Of a stretch of 64,000 nt of DNA, positions 35,940-45,619 are shown one piece after another. The translations under genes were made by a program, and so were the position numbers. The stretch lies in NCBI GenBank assembly GCA_001595785.1, contig LSSJ01000023.1:4870-68869 (forward strand), read 5' to 3'. Every line of letters starts with the position of its first letter. Positions within the stretch are counted from its first letter, which is position 1. The stretch is from Euryarchaeota archaeon SM23-78. GTDB taxonomy: Archaea > Nanobdellota > Nanobdellia > Woesearchaeales > SM23-78. Under the pieces are notes generated by a model. It saw only the letters and a program-made list of their open reading frames with translations. It did no database searches and was not told where the DNA came from.

Positions 35940-36350
35940 TTAAGCTACACTATGAACAATTTCATCAATTCTTTCGAATTTGTTTTGTTTATCTCTTTTA
36001 TAGATATATGTAGCAAGAACACCTGATAAGTCCATGAAATTGTCAAAGGTAACATAAATTTTGTTCTTGGGTACTTCCAAGGATATTTTAGAACTATAAG
36101 GAGAATCAGTGACAATATGTTTGCCAGGGCCTTCTGTTATTTGATATATTCTTAAGCCGTATCCACCTACTGGAGAGTTAGGCACAGATAAAATTTCTTC
36201 TAAGGGGATGGTTTGAGCATCAAAATTATTTTCATACCATTTACCATGACCGCTGCCTTGCAATGCTTCAATAAAATCTCTTACTAATTTCTCTGAAAAA
36301 GGCAAATTATGGATATATTCTTTTAATTTTTCAAGTTCTTGTTTATTCAT
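35940..36350 (-). CDS. Hypothetical protein (136 aa)
   Basis: Track ORF; no motif recognised. Confidence 0.45.
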   Translation of the reverse strand: MNKQELEKLKEYIHNLPFSEKLVRDFIEALQGSGHGKWYENNFDAQTIPLEEILSVPNSPVGGYGLRIYQITEGPGKHIVTDSPYSSKISLEVPKNKIYVTFDNFMDLSGVLATYIYKRDKQNKFERIDEIVHSVA

Positions 36351-36463
36351 AAATAAGTGGATTGAAAAAAGGTATTTAAATGTTTCGTTTTTATAACTAC
36401 TAAAAAGTAATAAATTTGTTATTTAAACATTTATTCGCTCGCTCACTTTGTTCGCGAGAAGAA

Positions 36464-37663
36464 TCACTTACTCGTCATTATCTCTATCACATCATTATTA
36501 TTTAATGGTGCATCCTTGGCTACTGGCTGTTTTGTTTTCAAGTTGATTGCTTTCACAAAGTTGTCTCCTATGTCTGTGTGCACTTTATAAGCAAATTCCA
36601 ATGCATTGGTTCCTTTGGGCACTAAGAAGCAGTCTGGCAGCACATTGCCGTCTTTATCTGTTAATTTACTGTTAGCTACAGGATAAACAGCTATATGATT
36701 TAATAAGTCAAACACTGCTTTGTTAAGTACTCCCTGCACTCCTGTTCCTCCAAACTTGGCTAAAACATTTGTTTTTAAGAAGTCCAAGCCTTTTTTCTGC
36801 TTTTCATTCAGCTTGCTCTCATCAATCACCTCAAAGCTTTTTTCCCCAGGAACATATTTTATCATTCCATGCTTATGAGCTTCTTTTAAAGCTAATTCTG
36901 ATTCTGAGCTGCAAGCAACAATTATCTCTTTAGAGAACTCTTTCTTTAGTCTCTCATAGTTTTCTTTTGCTCCTGGCACATCTATCTTGTTAGCAGCTAT
37001 TATCATTGGCTTGGTCTTTTTTCTTAAGAAACCTGCTAGTTTGAACAAGTCCTCATCCTTCCATTGAATCACTGCTTTATCCTTTAACTCTGTTGCTTTT
37101 AAGGCTTGTTCCATTAAGTCCTCATCAACTCCCATACCAGACAGTTGTTTTGCAAGCACTTTTTGTACTTGGGAGTGCTCTTGCTGTATCTGTCTTGCAA
37201 GTCTATCCCAGCCTTTCTTAAGAATGTCATGATACCAATGGTTTAGCTCTACTTCTAAGAATTTAATGTCTTCAGCAGGGTCATAGCTGCCCTTAGCAAC
37301 AGGCTCTCCTTTTTCATTAGTACCACCACTAACATCAATAACATGGATTAAAGCATCTGCCTGGTTCAAGTCATTCAAGAACTGATTGCCCATTCCCTTG
37401 CCTTCATGAGCTCCTGGTACAAGACCAGCAACATCTATTAGTTTGACAGGAATAAAACGATTATTATCCATACAAAAACCAAACTTTGGTTGGCATTTAA
37501 CATTAAAATCTTTGTCAACACAAGGAATTTTTACAAAGCCTACGCCTTCATTCTTAGCAATTGTTGTAAAAGGATAATTAGCTATCTCAACCTCTGCTAG
37601 AGTTGTTGCTTTGAAAAAGGTTGACTTGCCTGTGTTGGCCTTGCCAGTTATTCCAATAATCAT
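36464..37663 (-). CDS. ychF: Obg-family P-loop NTPase, YchF/OLA1-like with a C-terminal TGS-like domain
   Basis: GITGKANTGKSTFF (G1), YPFTT (G2), DVAGLV (G3), NKID (G4). Confidence 0.8.
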   Translation of the reverse strand: MIIGITGKANTGKSTFFKATTLAEVEIANYPFTTIAKNEGVGFVKIPCVDKDFNVKCQPKFGFCMDNNRFIPVKLIDVAGLVPGAHEGKGMGNQFLNDLNQADALIHVIDVSGGTNEKGEPVAKGSYDPAEDIKFLEVELNHWYHDILKKGWDRLARQIQQEHSQVQKVLAKQLSGMGVDEDLMEQALKATELKDKAVIQWKDEDLFKLAGFLRKKTKPMIIAANKIDVPGAKENYERLKKEFSKEIIVACSSESELALKEAHKHGMIKYVPGEKSFEVIDESKLNEKQKKGLDFLKTNVLAKFGGTGVQGVLNKAVFDLLNHIAVYPVANSKLTDKDGNVLPDCFLVPKGTNALEFAYKVHTDIGDNFVKAINLKTKQPVAKDAPLNNNDVIEIMTSK

Positions 37664-37740
37664 GCAGAGAGGGAATTAAGGAGTATTCTTAAAGTTTATC
37701 ACTATCTTTAAAATAAGGTGCTACTTACCCATCTAATTAC

Positions 37741-37906
37741 ACGGCTGTGGTCTAGTGGTTACAACAAAAGAGAAAAAACTCTTTTGAGCTTGCGGCAGAG
37801 CCGCAAATGACGCGACCCTCCCAAGGTCGTTGCCCGGGTTCGAGAACAAAAACGAAGTTTTTGACTTTCGCAAAGCTTCGCTTTGACGAAACTCCCGGCA
37901 GCCGTA
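37741..37906 (+). tRNA. tRNA-Gly(CCC) with two introns (D-loop 46 nt, T-loop 48 nt)
   Basis: Exons 37741-37761, 37808-37844 and 37893-37906. Acceptor ACGGCTG/CAGCCGT, anticodon arm CGACC CTCCCAA GGTCG, T arm CCGGG TTCGAG[intron]T CCCGG. CTTTAAAATAA lies about 27 nt upstream. Confidence 0.8.
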
Positions 37907-37954
37907 TAAAAATTTATAAAGAATTTCTAATTTCTACTCTCAAGAGGTATCAAT

Positions 37955-38302
37955 ATGAGTCATGATTTTATTGAAATGGTGTGTGAAGGGTATGGAGCAA
38001 AAGGCATGAGCCCTCCTATAATAAAAGTTATTCCGTATGGTGACATGGAAAAAGTTCTAAAAGAAGCTGAGAATATACTGAAAGAATTTGAAGTTAAAGA
38101 TGAGCAAAGAGTGAAAGACAATATTGCTGAACTAGCTTTAACACCTGAAGAACGCGAAAATCCTGAATTCCTTTTCTTTCATCCAGTATGGTATTACTAT
38201 AGACCTCGTGTTAAAAAAATGAGAGAGGCTTTTGAAAAAAGGGACCATTATGCGTTCTTAGAAGCAACTCAGGATTTTGTTGATTCGATATATCTCAAAT
38301 GA
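37955..38302 (+). CDS. Hypothetical protein (115 aa)
   Basis: Track ORF with TTTATAAAG about 40 nt upstream. Confidence 0.45.
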   Translation: MSHDFIEMVCEGYGAKGMSPPIIKVIPYGDMEKVLKEAENILKEFEVKDEQRVKDNIAELALTPEERENPEFLFFHPVWYYYRPRVKKMREAFEKRDHYAFLEATQDFVDSIYLK

Positions 38303-38348
38303 TTTATTTCAACAACCTTAATAAACCAATACTATTTTCTTATTTAGC

Positions 38349-39554
38349 ATGGAATCAACCTCTTGGACTAGAAAATACTTGCCTAAGAAGCTCTCTGATA
38401 TTGAGGGTCATGTTGCTGTATTGGATGAGTTAAAAAAGTTTGTTACTCATTTTAAAAAGGGCAAGGCTCTTCTTCTTTATGGAGGCAGTGGTGGTGGTAA
38501 GACTTCTAGTGTTTATGCATTAGCCCATGACTTAGACTATGAACTAGTTGAGATTAATGCTAGTGATAAAAGGAATGCTGACCAAATCAATTCGTTAGTA
38601 GGTAGTGCTTCTAAGCAGGCCAGCTTGTTTTTTAAGAGTAAAATCATTCTTGTTGATGAGCTTGATGGTATTACTGGCAGAGAGGATAGGGGAGGGGTTC
38701 AGGCTATTCTTAAGCTGGTTGATAGCAGTGTTTTCCCTATCATTCTGGTTGCTAATGACCCTTATGATAGGAAGTTCTCTGGTCTTAGAAGAAAGTCTGT
38801 TTTATTAGAGTACAGGACACGACCATATACATCGGTTCTCAAATTTTTGAAAAAAATTTGCAAAGAAGAAAAAATAAAGTATGATGAGGAGGCTCTTACC
38901 ATTATTGCTAGAAGAACGGGGGGAGATTTAAGAGCTGCCATTAATGACTTGCAAAGCCTTGCTTGTGATAAGAGGCTTACTAAAAAAGAGGTTGAAGAGT
39001 ATGGTGACAGGGATAAGACTGATAGCATAATCCAAGCCTTGGTAAAGGTTTTTAAGACCACTGATGTTGATGTTGCTCTTAGCAGTTTTGACAATGTTGA
39101 CGAGGATTTGGATAAGATATTCTTATGGATGGATGAGAACCTGCCTAAAGAATACACTAAACCTGCTGATTTAGCTCGTGGCTTTGATGAGCTGAGCAGG
39201 GCAGATGTTTTTAAAGGCAGAATTATGAGGTGGCAGTATTATCGTTTTTATGTTTATTGTTATAACCTCTTAAGCGTAGGCATTGCTCTTTCAAAGGATG
39301 AAAAATACAGGACTTTTACTAGTTATAAACCTACTTCTAGGATTCTTAAGATGTGGTTTGCAAAGCAGAGGAATGCTAAGAAAAAGGCTATTGCTGAGAA
39401 AATAGGTAATAAGACGCACACAAGCACTAAAAGAGCGTTACAAGATGCCTTACCTTATCTAAGACCTGTTTTTAAGAAGAACAAGCAAGAAGCAGAGAAG
39501 ATAACTAGATATCTTGATTTGGATAAGGAGCAGGTTGAGTGGTTGAGAAAATAG
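38349..39554 (+). CDS. rfcL: Replication factor C large subunit
   Basis: WTRKYLPKKLSDIEGH (RFC box II), GGSGGGKTS Walker A, ILVDELD Walker B, basic C-terminal tail. Confidence 0.8.
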   Translation: MESTSWTRKYLPKKLSDIEGHVAVLDELKKFVTHFKKGKALLLYGGSGGGKTSSVYALAHDLDYELVEINASDKRNADQINSLVGSASKQASLFFKSKIILVDELDGITGREDRGGVQAILKLVDSSVFPIILVANDPYDRKFSGLRRKSVLLEYRTRPYTSVLKFLKKICKEEKIKYDEEALTIIARRTGGDLRAAINDLQSLACDKRLTKKEVEEYGDRDKTDSIIQALVKVFKTTDVDVALSSFDNVDEDLDKIFLWMDENLPKEYTKPADLARGFDELSRADVFKGRIMRWQYYRFYVYCYNLLSVGIALSKDEKYRTFTSYKPTSRILKMWFAKQRNAKKKAIAEKIGNKTHTSTKRALQDALPYLRPVFKKNKQEAEKITRYLDLDKEQVEWLRK

Positions 39555-39556
39555 TT

Positions 39557-39943
39557 TTATGTTCTAGCTTTTATTCTTGCTTTATTAGTCATTGCTTGTT
39601 TCTTTATCTTTACTTTACTCTTTGCTATCTCTTCATCCACAAAATCCTTCAGCACCAAGTCATGCAACTCTGCTAATTGTTTCACTAAAGCATTCTCTCT
39701 ATTTAACTCATACATCTGTGCTCTTCCTATTCTCCTTGTCTTTTTTACTATTCCTTGTTTAACCCATTTCTTCCAGAATAAGTGTATGCTTGTGTACCCA
39801 ATGTTTGAGTTCCTGGCTATCTCTGTTAATGAATAATCATAGTTTTTATGTATTAATAAGAAGTCTAAGGCTTTTATTTCTGGGCTTGTGCCTAGGAGTT
39901 CTGTGAATAAGGTTTTGTCCTGGGCTTTGTTTTTCCTTTTCAT
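39557..39943 (-). CDS. Winged-helix transcriptional regulator
   Basis: YSLTEIARNSNIGYTSIHLFWKKWVKQGIV HTH. The ATG at 39943 is preferred over the track start at 40015. Confidence 0.55.
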   Translation of the reverse strand: MKRKNKAQDKTLFTELLGTSPEIKALDFLLIHKNYDYSLTEIARNSNIGYTSIHLFWKKWVKQGIVKKTRRIGRAQMYELNRENALVKQLAELHDLVLKDFVDEEIAKSKVKIKKQAMTNKARIKART

Positions 39944-40093
39944 ATTATTCAATAATATTAACTTATTTATATATTTTTTGTTATTTAAACATTCACAAAA
40001 AATAATTAATTGCAAATTTTCCGAGGATCATAAAGATTTGAGAAAAATTTGAGAACAGAAAAATAACAAACTTTTTAACTCACGACATTTATC

Positions 40094-40744
40094 GTGTTCT
40101 ATATGTGGGTTGCAAAGATAAAGTTTAGTGGAGAAGGCACGCTTATTGGTAGCAAGACTCCTAAGTACAAAGTGAATCTATTTGGTTTTGCTCTTTCCTA
40201 TTTTCATGAAAAAGACTGGATTATAGTGCATATAACAGGTACGATTCTTGGTAAAGAAGAGAATAAGAAAAGATTTGTAAAAGAATTAAAAAAAGAAGAT
40301 AGAGTAATTGACTTAGAATTAAATGGTGATTATTTTATTGGAACTATTAAGGAGCCAATGTATGCAAAGGATGTTTATAATAAAGAGATAATTCATCTTG
40401 CTCCTGCTCTAATATCAGAACATGGTTATGAACTTATTACAATCGGTTGTTTTAGAAGAGAGCCTTTGAATAAGATTATTAAAATATTACAAAAAGAACG
40501 CAAAGGAAAATTAATCTCAATCCAGCAAAAAAGGATTAAATCAATTTCTATTATGAAACTTCATCCTGACTTAACAGAGAAGCAAAAACAAGCCATGGAG
40601 TTAGCTATAAAACATGGTTATTATCATTCTCCTAGGAGAACTGATTTGCCAAGCCTTGCAAAGCTGGCTGGTATTAGCTATTCTACTTTTCAGGTCCACT
40701 TAAGAAAGGCAGAGCAGAAACTCATTCCCTATTTCTTTGAATAA
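40094..40744 (+). CDS. HTH_10 (Bat-type) DNA-binding protein
   Basis: C-terminal LTEKQKQAMELAIKHGYYHSPRRTDLPSLAKLAGISYSTFQVHLRKAEQKL. Confidence 0.7.
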   Translation: MFYMWVAKIKFSGEGTLIGSKTPKYKVNLFGFALSYFHEKDWIIVHITGTILGKEENKKRFVKELKKEDRVIDLELNGDYFIGTIKEPMYAKDVYNKEIIHLAPALISEHGYELITIGCFRREPLNKIIKILQKERKGKLISIQQKRIKSISIMKLHPDLTEKQKQAMELAIKHGYYHSPRRTDLPSLAKLAGISYSTFQVHLRKAEQKLIPYFFE

Positions 40745-40798
40745 AACACGATATATGTCGCTATAAAATTATTATTCTCAGATGGTTACCCCTTGTCA

Positions 40799-41128
40799 AT
40801 GAAAATAGTGGATATAATTAAAAAAACAAATAATCTAGAAAAAATAATATTTACTATCAGTACAATAACATTTTTAGGGTTAGGATTTCTGCCTATAAGC
40901 CTAAAAGTTAAAAACCAAGAACCGGTTATGAAAATGCTTCTAGGCAATGGATATCTCTATGCATGTTATGATTTTCAAAAAGATGGCTATCTTGATAGAA
41001 TAGACGCTCACTTTAAAATAGCAGATCAGACAATTTGGTACCATGTATTCGAAATTAAGAAGGAAACAAAGACATTTGAATATATGCAAAAAGAATATGA
41101 TAATAAAATGCAGATTAGAAAAAAATGA
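40799..41128 (+). CDS. Small membrane-associated hypothetical protein
   Basis: Track ORF (ATG at 40799 preferred) with one hydrophobic segment. ATGA-coupled to the next ORF. Confidence 0.4.
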   Translation: MKIVDIIKKTNNLEKIIFTISTITFLGLGFLPISLKVKNQEPVMKMLLGNGYLYACYDFQKDGYLDRIDAHFKIADQTIWYHVFEIKKETKTFEYMQKEYDNKMQIRKK

Positions 41129-41406
41129 AATATGAAAAAAAGAAAAAAAATCTAAAATCAATAATTGTAAACACTTTATTTACATTTGCAGCAGGAGCTT
41201 ATATAGGAGTAGGAGCTCTAATAGCATATCACCCAAAAATCCAAGAATTCACAGAAAACTGCGCTGAATTAGTTGAAAAAGCTTATCAAAAAGCATATCC
41301 AACTCTAAAAGAAATTAATTCTGCTATTGAACTAACTTCCATGTGTTATTTTGGAGTTTGGGATCCTGAATGGAAAGCTTATAAAAAAGAAAAAGAGTCA
41401 AAATGA
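41125..41406 (+). CDS. Small membrane hypothetical protein (93 aa)
   Basis: Track ORF, translationally coupled on both sides. Confidence 0.4.
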   Translation: MKYEKKKKNLKSIIVNTLFTFAAGAYIGVGALIAYHPKIQEFTENCAELVEKAYQKAYPTLKEINSAIELTSMCYFGVWDPEWKAYKKEKESK

Positions 41407-42011
41407 TAATAAATGAAATGGGATCGGCACTGACAAATGAAGCATTTTTTCATGAATTTATAACTCAGCCTCTTGTCAAAAAAATAAGAGCAGAATTTGA
41501 TAAAAAACCAAAAAAAGAACTTAAAAAAATAATTGAAGAGTATGAAGCTATTTCGAGGTATAAAAAATTTATGAGGCTCATACGATTTTACCACTATAAA
41601 TATTATGAAACAAACCTAAGATATCATATTGCAAAAGCCTACTTAGATGGAACAATTGAAAAAGTAAAAGAACAGGAAAGAAAAAAGAAACAAGAAAAAG
41701 AAAAAAGAAGATTGGAAGAAAGAATCAGAAATGAAATGATTGAAAAAGGGAAAAAAGTAGAATTTTTTCCAAGTAATCTTGAAGAATACGAAAGATTCAA
41801 AGTGCAAAAGTATGATTTTATTGACACTGGAAAACAAGATAAAGAAATGACTTATTTTAAGCATGATAAAATTCTTTTTCAATTCGGAAAATTAGGTGTT
41901 GAAGCATTAATAAGATGTAGCAAACCATCTTTTGAAGCAGGATATTACAAAAGGAGGGGTCTTCCTGTAAAAAGAGCAAAACAAGAATCCGAAAAACAAC
42001 AATCTTTATAA
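41403..42011 (+). CDS. Hypothetical Lys/Glu-rich protein (202 aa)
   Basis: Track ORF, coupled to the upstream ORF. Confidence 0.4.
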   Translation: MIINEMGSALTNEAFFHEFITQPLVKKIRAEFDKKPKKELKKIIEEYEAISRYKKFMRLIRFYHYKYYETNLRYHIAKAYLDGTIEKVKEQERKKKQEKEKRRLEERIRNEMIEKGKKVEFFPSNLEEYERFKVQKYDFIDTGKQDKEMTYFKHDKILFQFGKLGVEALIRCSKPSFEAGYYKRRGLPVKRAKQESEKQQSL

Positions 42012-42056
42012 ATAAAACCAGCTTTCTATACTACTATTAAGTGAATACTTAAGGGG

Positions 42057-42575
42057 GTGTTCGTGTTTAAAAAAATATTACCCATAATTCTTGCAATGAT
42101 TCTATTAGTTTCAATAGCAGCAGCCTTCAAGTACTCACCTAATGTAAAGCCACACACCAGATACAATCCTCTGTTAGAAGGATGCTATTATTATTATGGC
42201 TTTGGAAGCTGTTTATTAGAAGACAAGGAATGCGAAGGAGTACCTATTGGCAGGAACAAATGGGTTGACCTGGGAGATGCTTGTAACAGGAATGAGCCAC
42301 CAAAACTAACAGGCTTAAAAGATATTACAGTAACAGAGACCGAAACAGCAAAGATAACAGCAGAATGCAAAGACGAGGATCCTGTTAATATGAGCTATTC
42401 TGGCTGGACAGATAAGGCAGAAACCCTAACCACATATGAAGATGCAGGAGAATACCAAGTAACCATAACCTGCACTGATTCATTCGGAGAAACAGACACA
42501 GGAACCATAAACATAATAATCAAGGATAAGAACAGAGCACCTTTGTTCAGGGCAATAGGGTATGAGATTGAATAA
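42057..42575 (+). CDS. Secreted protein with an Ig-like (PKD/cadherin-like) module
   Basis: Signal peptide; ...YQVTITCTDSFGETDTGTINIIIKDKNRAP. Confidence 0.5.
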   Translation: MFVFKKILPIILAMILLVSIAAAFKYSPNVKPHTRYNPLLEGCYYYYGFGSCLLEDKECEGVPIGRNKWVDLGDACNRNEPPKLTGLKDITVTETETAKITAECKDEDPVNMSYSGWTDKAETLTTYEDAGEYQVTITCTDSFGETDTGTINIIIKDKNRAPLFRAIGYEIE

Positions 42576-42688
42576 GGATTTCTTTATCTACTTAGATTTT
42601 TATATGTTCTCTTAAGAAAGATTTTTAAACTTCAAAATAAAAGATTTTAATAAAAAATTTTAATAAAAGTTTTACCAGGTGATAAAAA

Positions 42689-43291
42689 ATGACAAAAATA
42701 GATGAACTTATTTCGTTAGTAGGCAAACACCTTGAGAAGTTGGATAGGTTGAATCACCACCAAATAGCCCAACTGATTATGGAACTTGAAAATGATCCTC
42801 CTGTATGGAAGAAAATACCTAGTGGAAACAGGAATTACTTAGAAAGGGCACTTCAATACTATAGAAAAGACCCTAACTCTAAAGCAGCAATAAACTTTAT
42901 GACTGGTGCAAAACCTCATTTAAGAATGGCCTGGCCACACAGAGCAGGATTTATTGCTTCAAAAGAGCTAGGACTAAGGATCGGGGATCCAATATTTGAT
43001 TCTGTGATGAGCGGAGAAAAAGACCTTGAAGGCTTAAGTGGAGAGCAATTAATGGACTTTGCAAAACGCATTGAGAATCATAGGGTATTATCAAGTCTAA
43101 GAGCTTATAAAGGGTCAAGAAGAGCTGTAAAACTAATATTACAAAAATATGATCGGCTTTTTTCAGAGCAAGGCAGAAGAGCTGCTGCTGCTTATGCTCA
43201 GGAAAAGAGGCAAAGCTTGCTAAATATTTTCAAGAAAACATACCTTCCCAACCTAGCAGGAGCGATTGCCAGAGGAGAAATCAGACTTTAA
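42689..43291 (+). CDS. Hypothetical protein (200 aa)
   Basis: Track ORF; no motif recognised. Confidence 0.45.
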   Translation: MTKIDELISLVGKHLEKLDRLNHHQIAQLIMELENDPPVWKKIPSGNRNYLERALQYYRKDPNSKAAINFMTGAKPHLRMAWPHRAGFIASKELGLRIGDPIFDSVMSGEKDLEGLSGEQLMDFAKRIENHRVLSSLRAYKGSRRAVKLILQKYDRLFSEQGRRAAAAYAQEKRQSLLNIFKKTYLPNLAGAIARGEIRL

Positions 43292-43298
43292 TCCAAAA

Positions 43299-43691
43299 TT
43301 ACATTCTTTTCTTCTTTTGAATCAAAAATTCATAACAAGCACCAAGATAATAATCTAAAGCTTGATACAAGCTTTCTAATCTAGAAAAATAAGCCCAAGC
43401 AACACATTTCTGTTCAAAGGTAATTTCATTGTCAGAGAGCACAAGGATTTTTTCTAAACCCTCAAATGTTGGGATTACTTCATCGTCAATAATCTTATCA
43501 TAAAAAACTTTAAGCTCTTTATCACCCACATAAGATGCTTCTTCATGAGTATCCTTGAATATAAGTTTATAATTCTCATAAAGACCTCTTATACCAATAG
43601 CTCTTATTCTCTTAAGAACCTTTTCAGACACAGTACTCAAGTATATTAATTTAATACTTGAAAAATTACCTTTTATAGCTTCAAAATCCAT
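43299..43691 (-). CDS. Hypothetical protein (130 aa)
   Basis: Track ORF; no motif recognised. Confidence 0.4.
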   Translation of the reverse strand: MDFEAIKGNFSSIKLIYLSTVSEKVLKRIRAIGIRGLYENYKLIFKDTHEEASYVGDKELKVFYDKIIDDEVIPTFEGLEKILVLSDNEITFEQKCVAWAYFSRLESLYQALDYYLGACYEFLIQKKKRM

Positions 43692-43769
43692 ACAAAACCC
43701 CTTTTTACTAAAAGTGGAAAGTAGAACTAATTTTTAGTATTTCCTATTTTTAAGCTAAATTCAGTTAAC

Positions 43770-43778
43770 TTTATATAA
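43770..43778 (+). promoter_or_regulatory. TATA box (TTTATATAA) about 25 nt upstream of the GlyRS ATG
   Basis: Read directly. Confidence 0.5.
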
Positions 43779-43800
43779 TCCAATTGGTTAATTCTCGACT

Positions 43801-45342
43801 ATGAGTGATAAGAAGAAAGCCAAGAATAATAAAAAGGAATTCCTGCAAGAACTAATCAGTTTTATGCAGTCTAAGGGCTTTGTGTGGGGCCCTGAGCCAG
43901 AGATATATGGAGGAACAGCTGGTTTTTACACCTTTGCTCCTCTAGGTAAGTTGTTAAAGAACAGAGTAGAAGAAGTTATAAGAAAGACCTTGCAAGCAGA
44001 GGAGTTCTTTGAAGTAGAATGCCCGATTATATTAGAGAAAAAGGTGTGGGAGGCTTCTGGTCATCTAAAAGGCTTCACAGATGTAATGGTAATCTGCTCA
44101 AAATGCAAGTCAAACTTTAGATTAGACCAATTACTTGATGATTATCCTGAGACTAAACATTTCAAAAAGCCAGACCAGTTTCTAAAGTTTATAAAAAAGA
44201 AAAATATTAAGTGCCCTTCTTGCGGAGGAGACTTCAAGCCAGAGATAAAAAAGCATGACTTAATGATGAAAACCATTGTTGGAGTGAACCAAGAGGCTTA
44301 TAATCGTCCAGAAACAGCCACAGCAACTTATTTACCATTCCTAAGATTTGTGGACTTTTTTAGAAGAAAGCCAGTGTTTGGGGTGTTCCAGATAGGAAAA
44401 GCCTTTAGGAACGAGATAAGCCCAAGGCAGCACATCATAAGGATGAGGGAGTTCACACAAGCAGAAGCTCAGTTATTCATAAAAAAAGAATTAAAAAATG
44501 ATTATGAAAAATACCAAGAAGTAGAAGACGAGCTTTTGCCGTTATGGAGTTATAAAACCCAGGAAAAAAACAAAAAAGTAGACGATATAAGAATAAAGAA
44601 TGCCTTGAAAAAAGGCTTGTTCAAAAGCCAGGCATATGCTTGGACCATAGCAGTGGCTTATAAGTTATTCACAAACATGGGCATACCACCAGATAGGATA
44701 AGGATGAGGCAGCACTTTCCAGATGAAAAGGCCTTTTATGCAGATGATGCTTGGGATGTAGAGATAAAAACTAAGAGCTTTGGCTGGATAGAGGTGTGTG
44801 GAGTGCATGACAGAACAGACTATGACTTAAAACAACATGCCAAATACAGTAAGACAGCATTAGAAGCCTTTGATGAGGAAACAGGAAAGAAATATGTTCC
44901 ACACGTCCTAGAGATAGCCTTTGGAACAGACAGACCAGTATATGCACTCCTAGACTTTTTCTATGAGAAAAAAGAAAAAGAGCAGGGAAAAACCATGTTC
45001 AAGGTTCCTTACTATCTTGCACCCATACAAATAAGTGTTTTTCCATTAATGAGAAAACCAGAGTTAGTAACAAAAGCACGAGAAATCTATGATAATCTAA
45101 GCAAAGAGTTTGTATGTACCTATGATGAGACAGGGCAAATAGGCAGAAGATACTTAAGAGCAGCAGAGAGTGGAACAGCTTTCTGCATCACAATAGACTT
45201 TGAAACCCTGGAAAAGAAGCCTGAAACAGTAACTATCCGGGATAGAGATACAGAGAAACAAGTAAGAGTAAAGATAGAAGAGCTAAGAGAGACATTAAGA
45301 ACATTATTAAACCAAGAAAAGAAATTTGAGGAATTGAAATAA
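43801..45342 (+). CDS. glyS: Glycine--tRNA ligase (archaeal/eukaryotic alpha2 type)
   Basis: PEIYGGTAGFYTFAPLG, motif 2 FRNEISPRQHIIRMREFTQAE, motif 3 GTDR, anticodon-binding C-terminus. Confidence 0.9.
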   Translation: MSDKKKAKNNKKEFLQELISFMQSKGFVWGPEPEIYGGTAGFYTFAPLGKLLKNRVEEVIRKTLQAEEFFEVECPIILEKKVWEASGHLKGFTDVMVICSKCKSNFRLDQLLDDYPETKHFKKPDQFLKFIKKKNIKCPSCGGDFKPEIKKHDLMMKTIVGVNQEAYNRPETATATYLPFLRFVDFFRRKPVFGVFQIGKAFRNEISPRQHIIRMREFTQAEAQLFIKKELKNDYEKYQEVEDELLPLWSYKTQEKNKKVDDIRIKNALKKGLFKSQAYAWTIAVAYKLFTNMGIPPDRIRMRQHFPDEKAFYADDAWDVEIKTKSFGWIEVCGVHDRTDYDLKQHAKYSKTALEAFDEETGKKYVPHVLEIAFGTDRPVYALLDFFYEKKEKEQGKTMFKVPYYLAPIQISVFPLMRKPELVTKAREIYDNLSKEFVCTYDETGQIGRRYLRAAESGTAFCITIDFETLEKKPETVTIRDRDTEKQVRVKIEELRETLRTLLNQEKKFEELK

Positions 45343-45408
45343 TTCTAACGCAAAACATTCAACAAAAATGAAAAACCATTTTTGAGAATTTTTTGTTAAC
45401 ACAAAAAA

Positions 45409-45417
45409 TTTATAAAT
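45409..45417 (+). promoter_or_regulatory. TATA box (TTTATAAAT) 25 nt upstream of the tRNA-Phe 5' end
   Basis: Read directly. Confidence 0.5.
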
Positions 45418-45441
45418 CCTTACTTAATCTTATCGTCTAGT

Positions 45442-45609
45442 GGGTCGGTAGCTCAGACTGGGAGAGCACACAGTCACAAGAAAACGTGTGACCGGTTCTA
45501 TACGCTGAAGACGTAGGTGAGCTGCGTGACAGAGATGTGCGTGGCCCTGAATCCTGGGTTCAAAAAAGGTTGTGCCCAAGCACGTCTTTAGGAAATCCCA
45601 GCCGACCCA
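45442..45609 (+). tRNA. tRNA-Phe(GAA) with three introns (one model: 27/28, 43/44 and T-loop 59/60)
   Basis: Acceptor GGGTCGG/CCGACCC, D arm GCTC AGACTGGGA GAGC, and TACG CTGAAGA CGTA with GAA at 45507-09. T arm CTGGG TTCAAA[31 nt]T CCCAG. Model exons are 45442-69, 45501-16, 45549-64 and 45596-609. The boundaries around the anticodon stem are uncertain. Confidence 0.7.
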
Positions 45610-45619
45610 TTTTCTAAAA

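Noticed and set aside
36437-36457. Hairpin CTCGC-N11-GCGAG just downstream of the ychF stop, considered as a terminator
   Set aside because: The stem is short and no following oligo-T tract lies on the transcribed strand. Archaeal termination does not need hairpins, so support is insufficient.
45469-45548. Alternative tRNA-Phe model with anticodon stem CACCG/CGGTG
   Set aside because: It would leave a variable region of about 14 nt, which does not fit a class I tRNA-Phe. The model with stem CTACG/CGTAG and a 5-nt variable loop is preferred but remains unverified.
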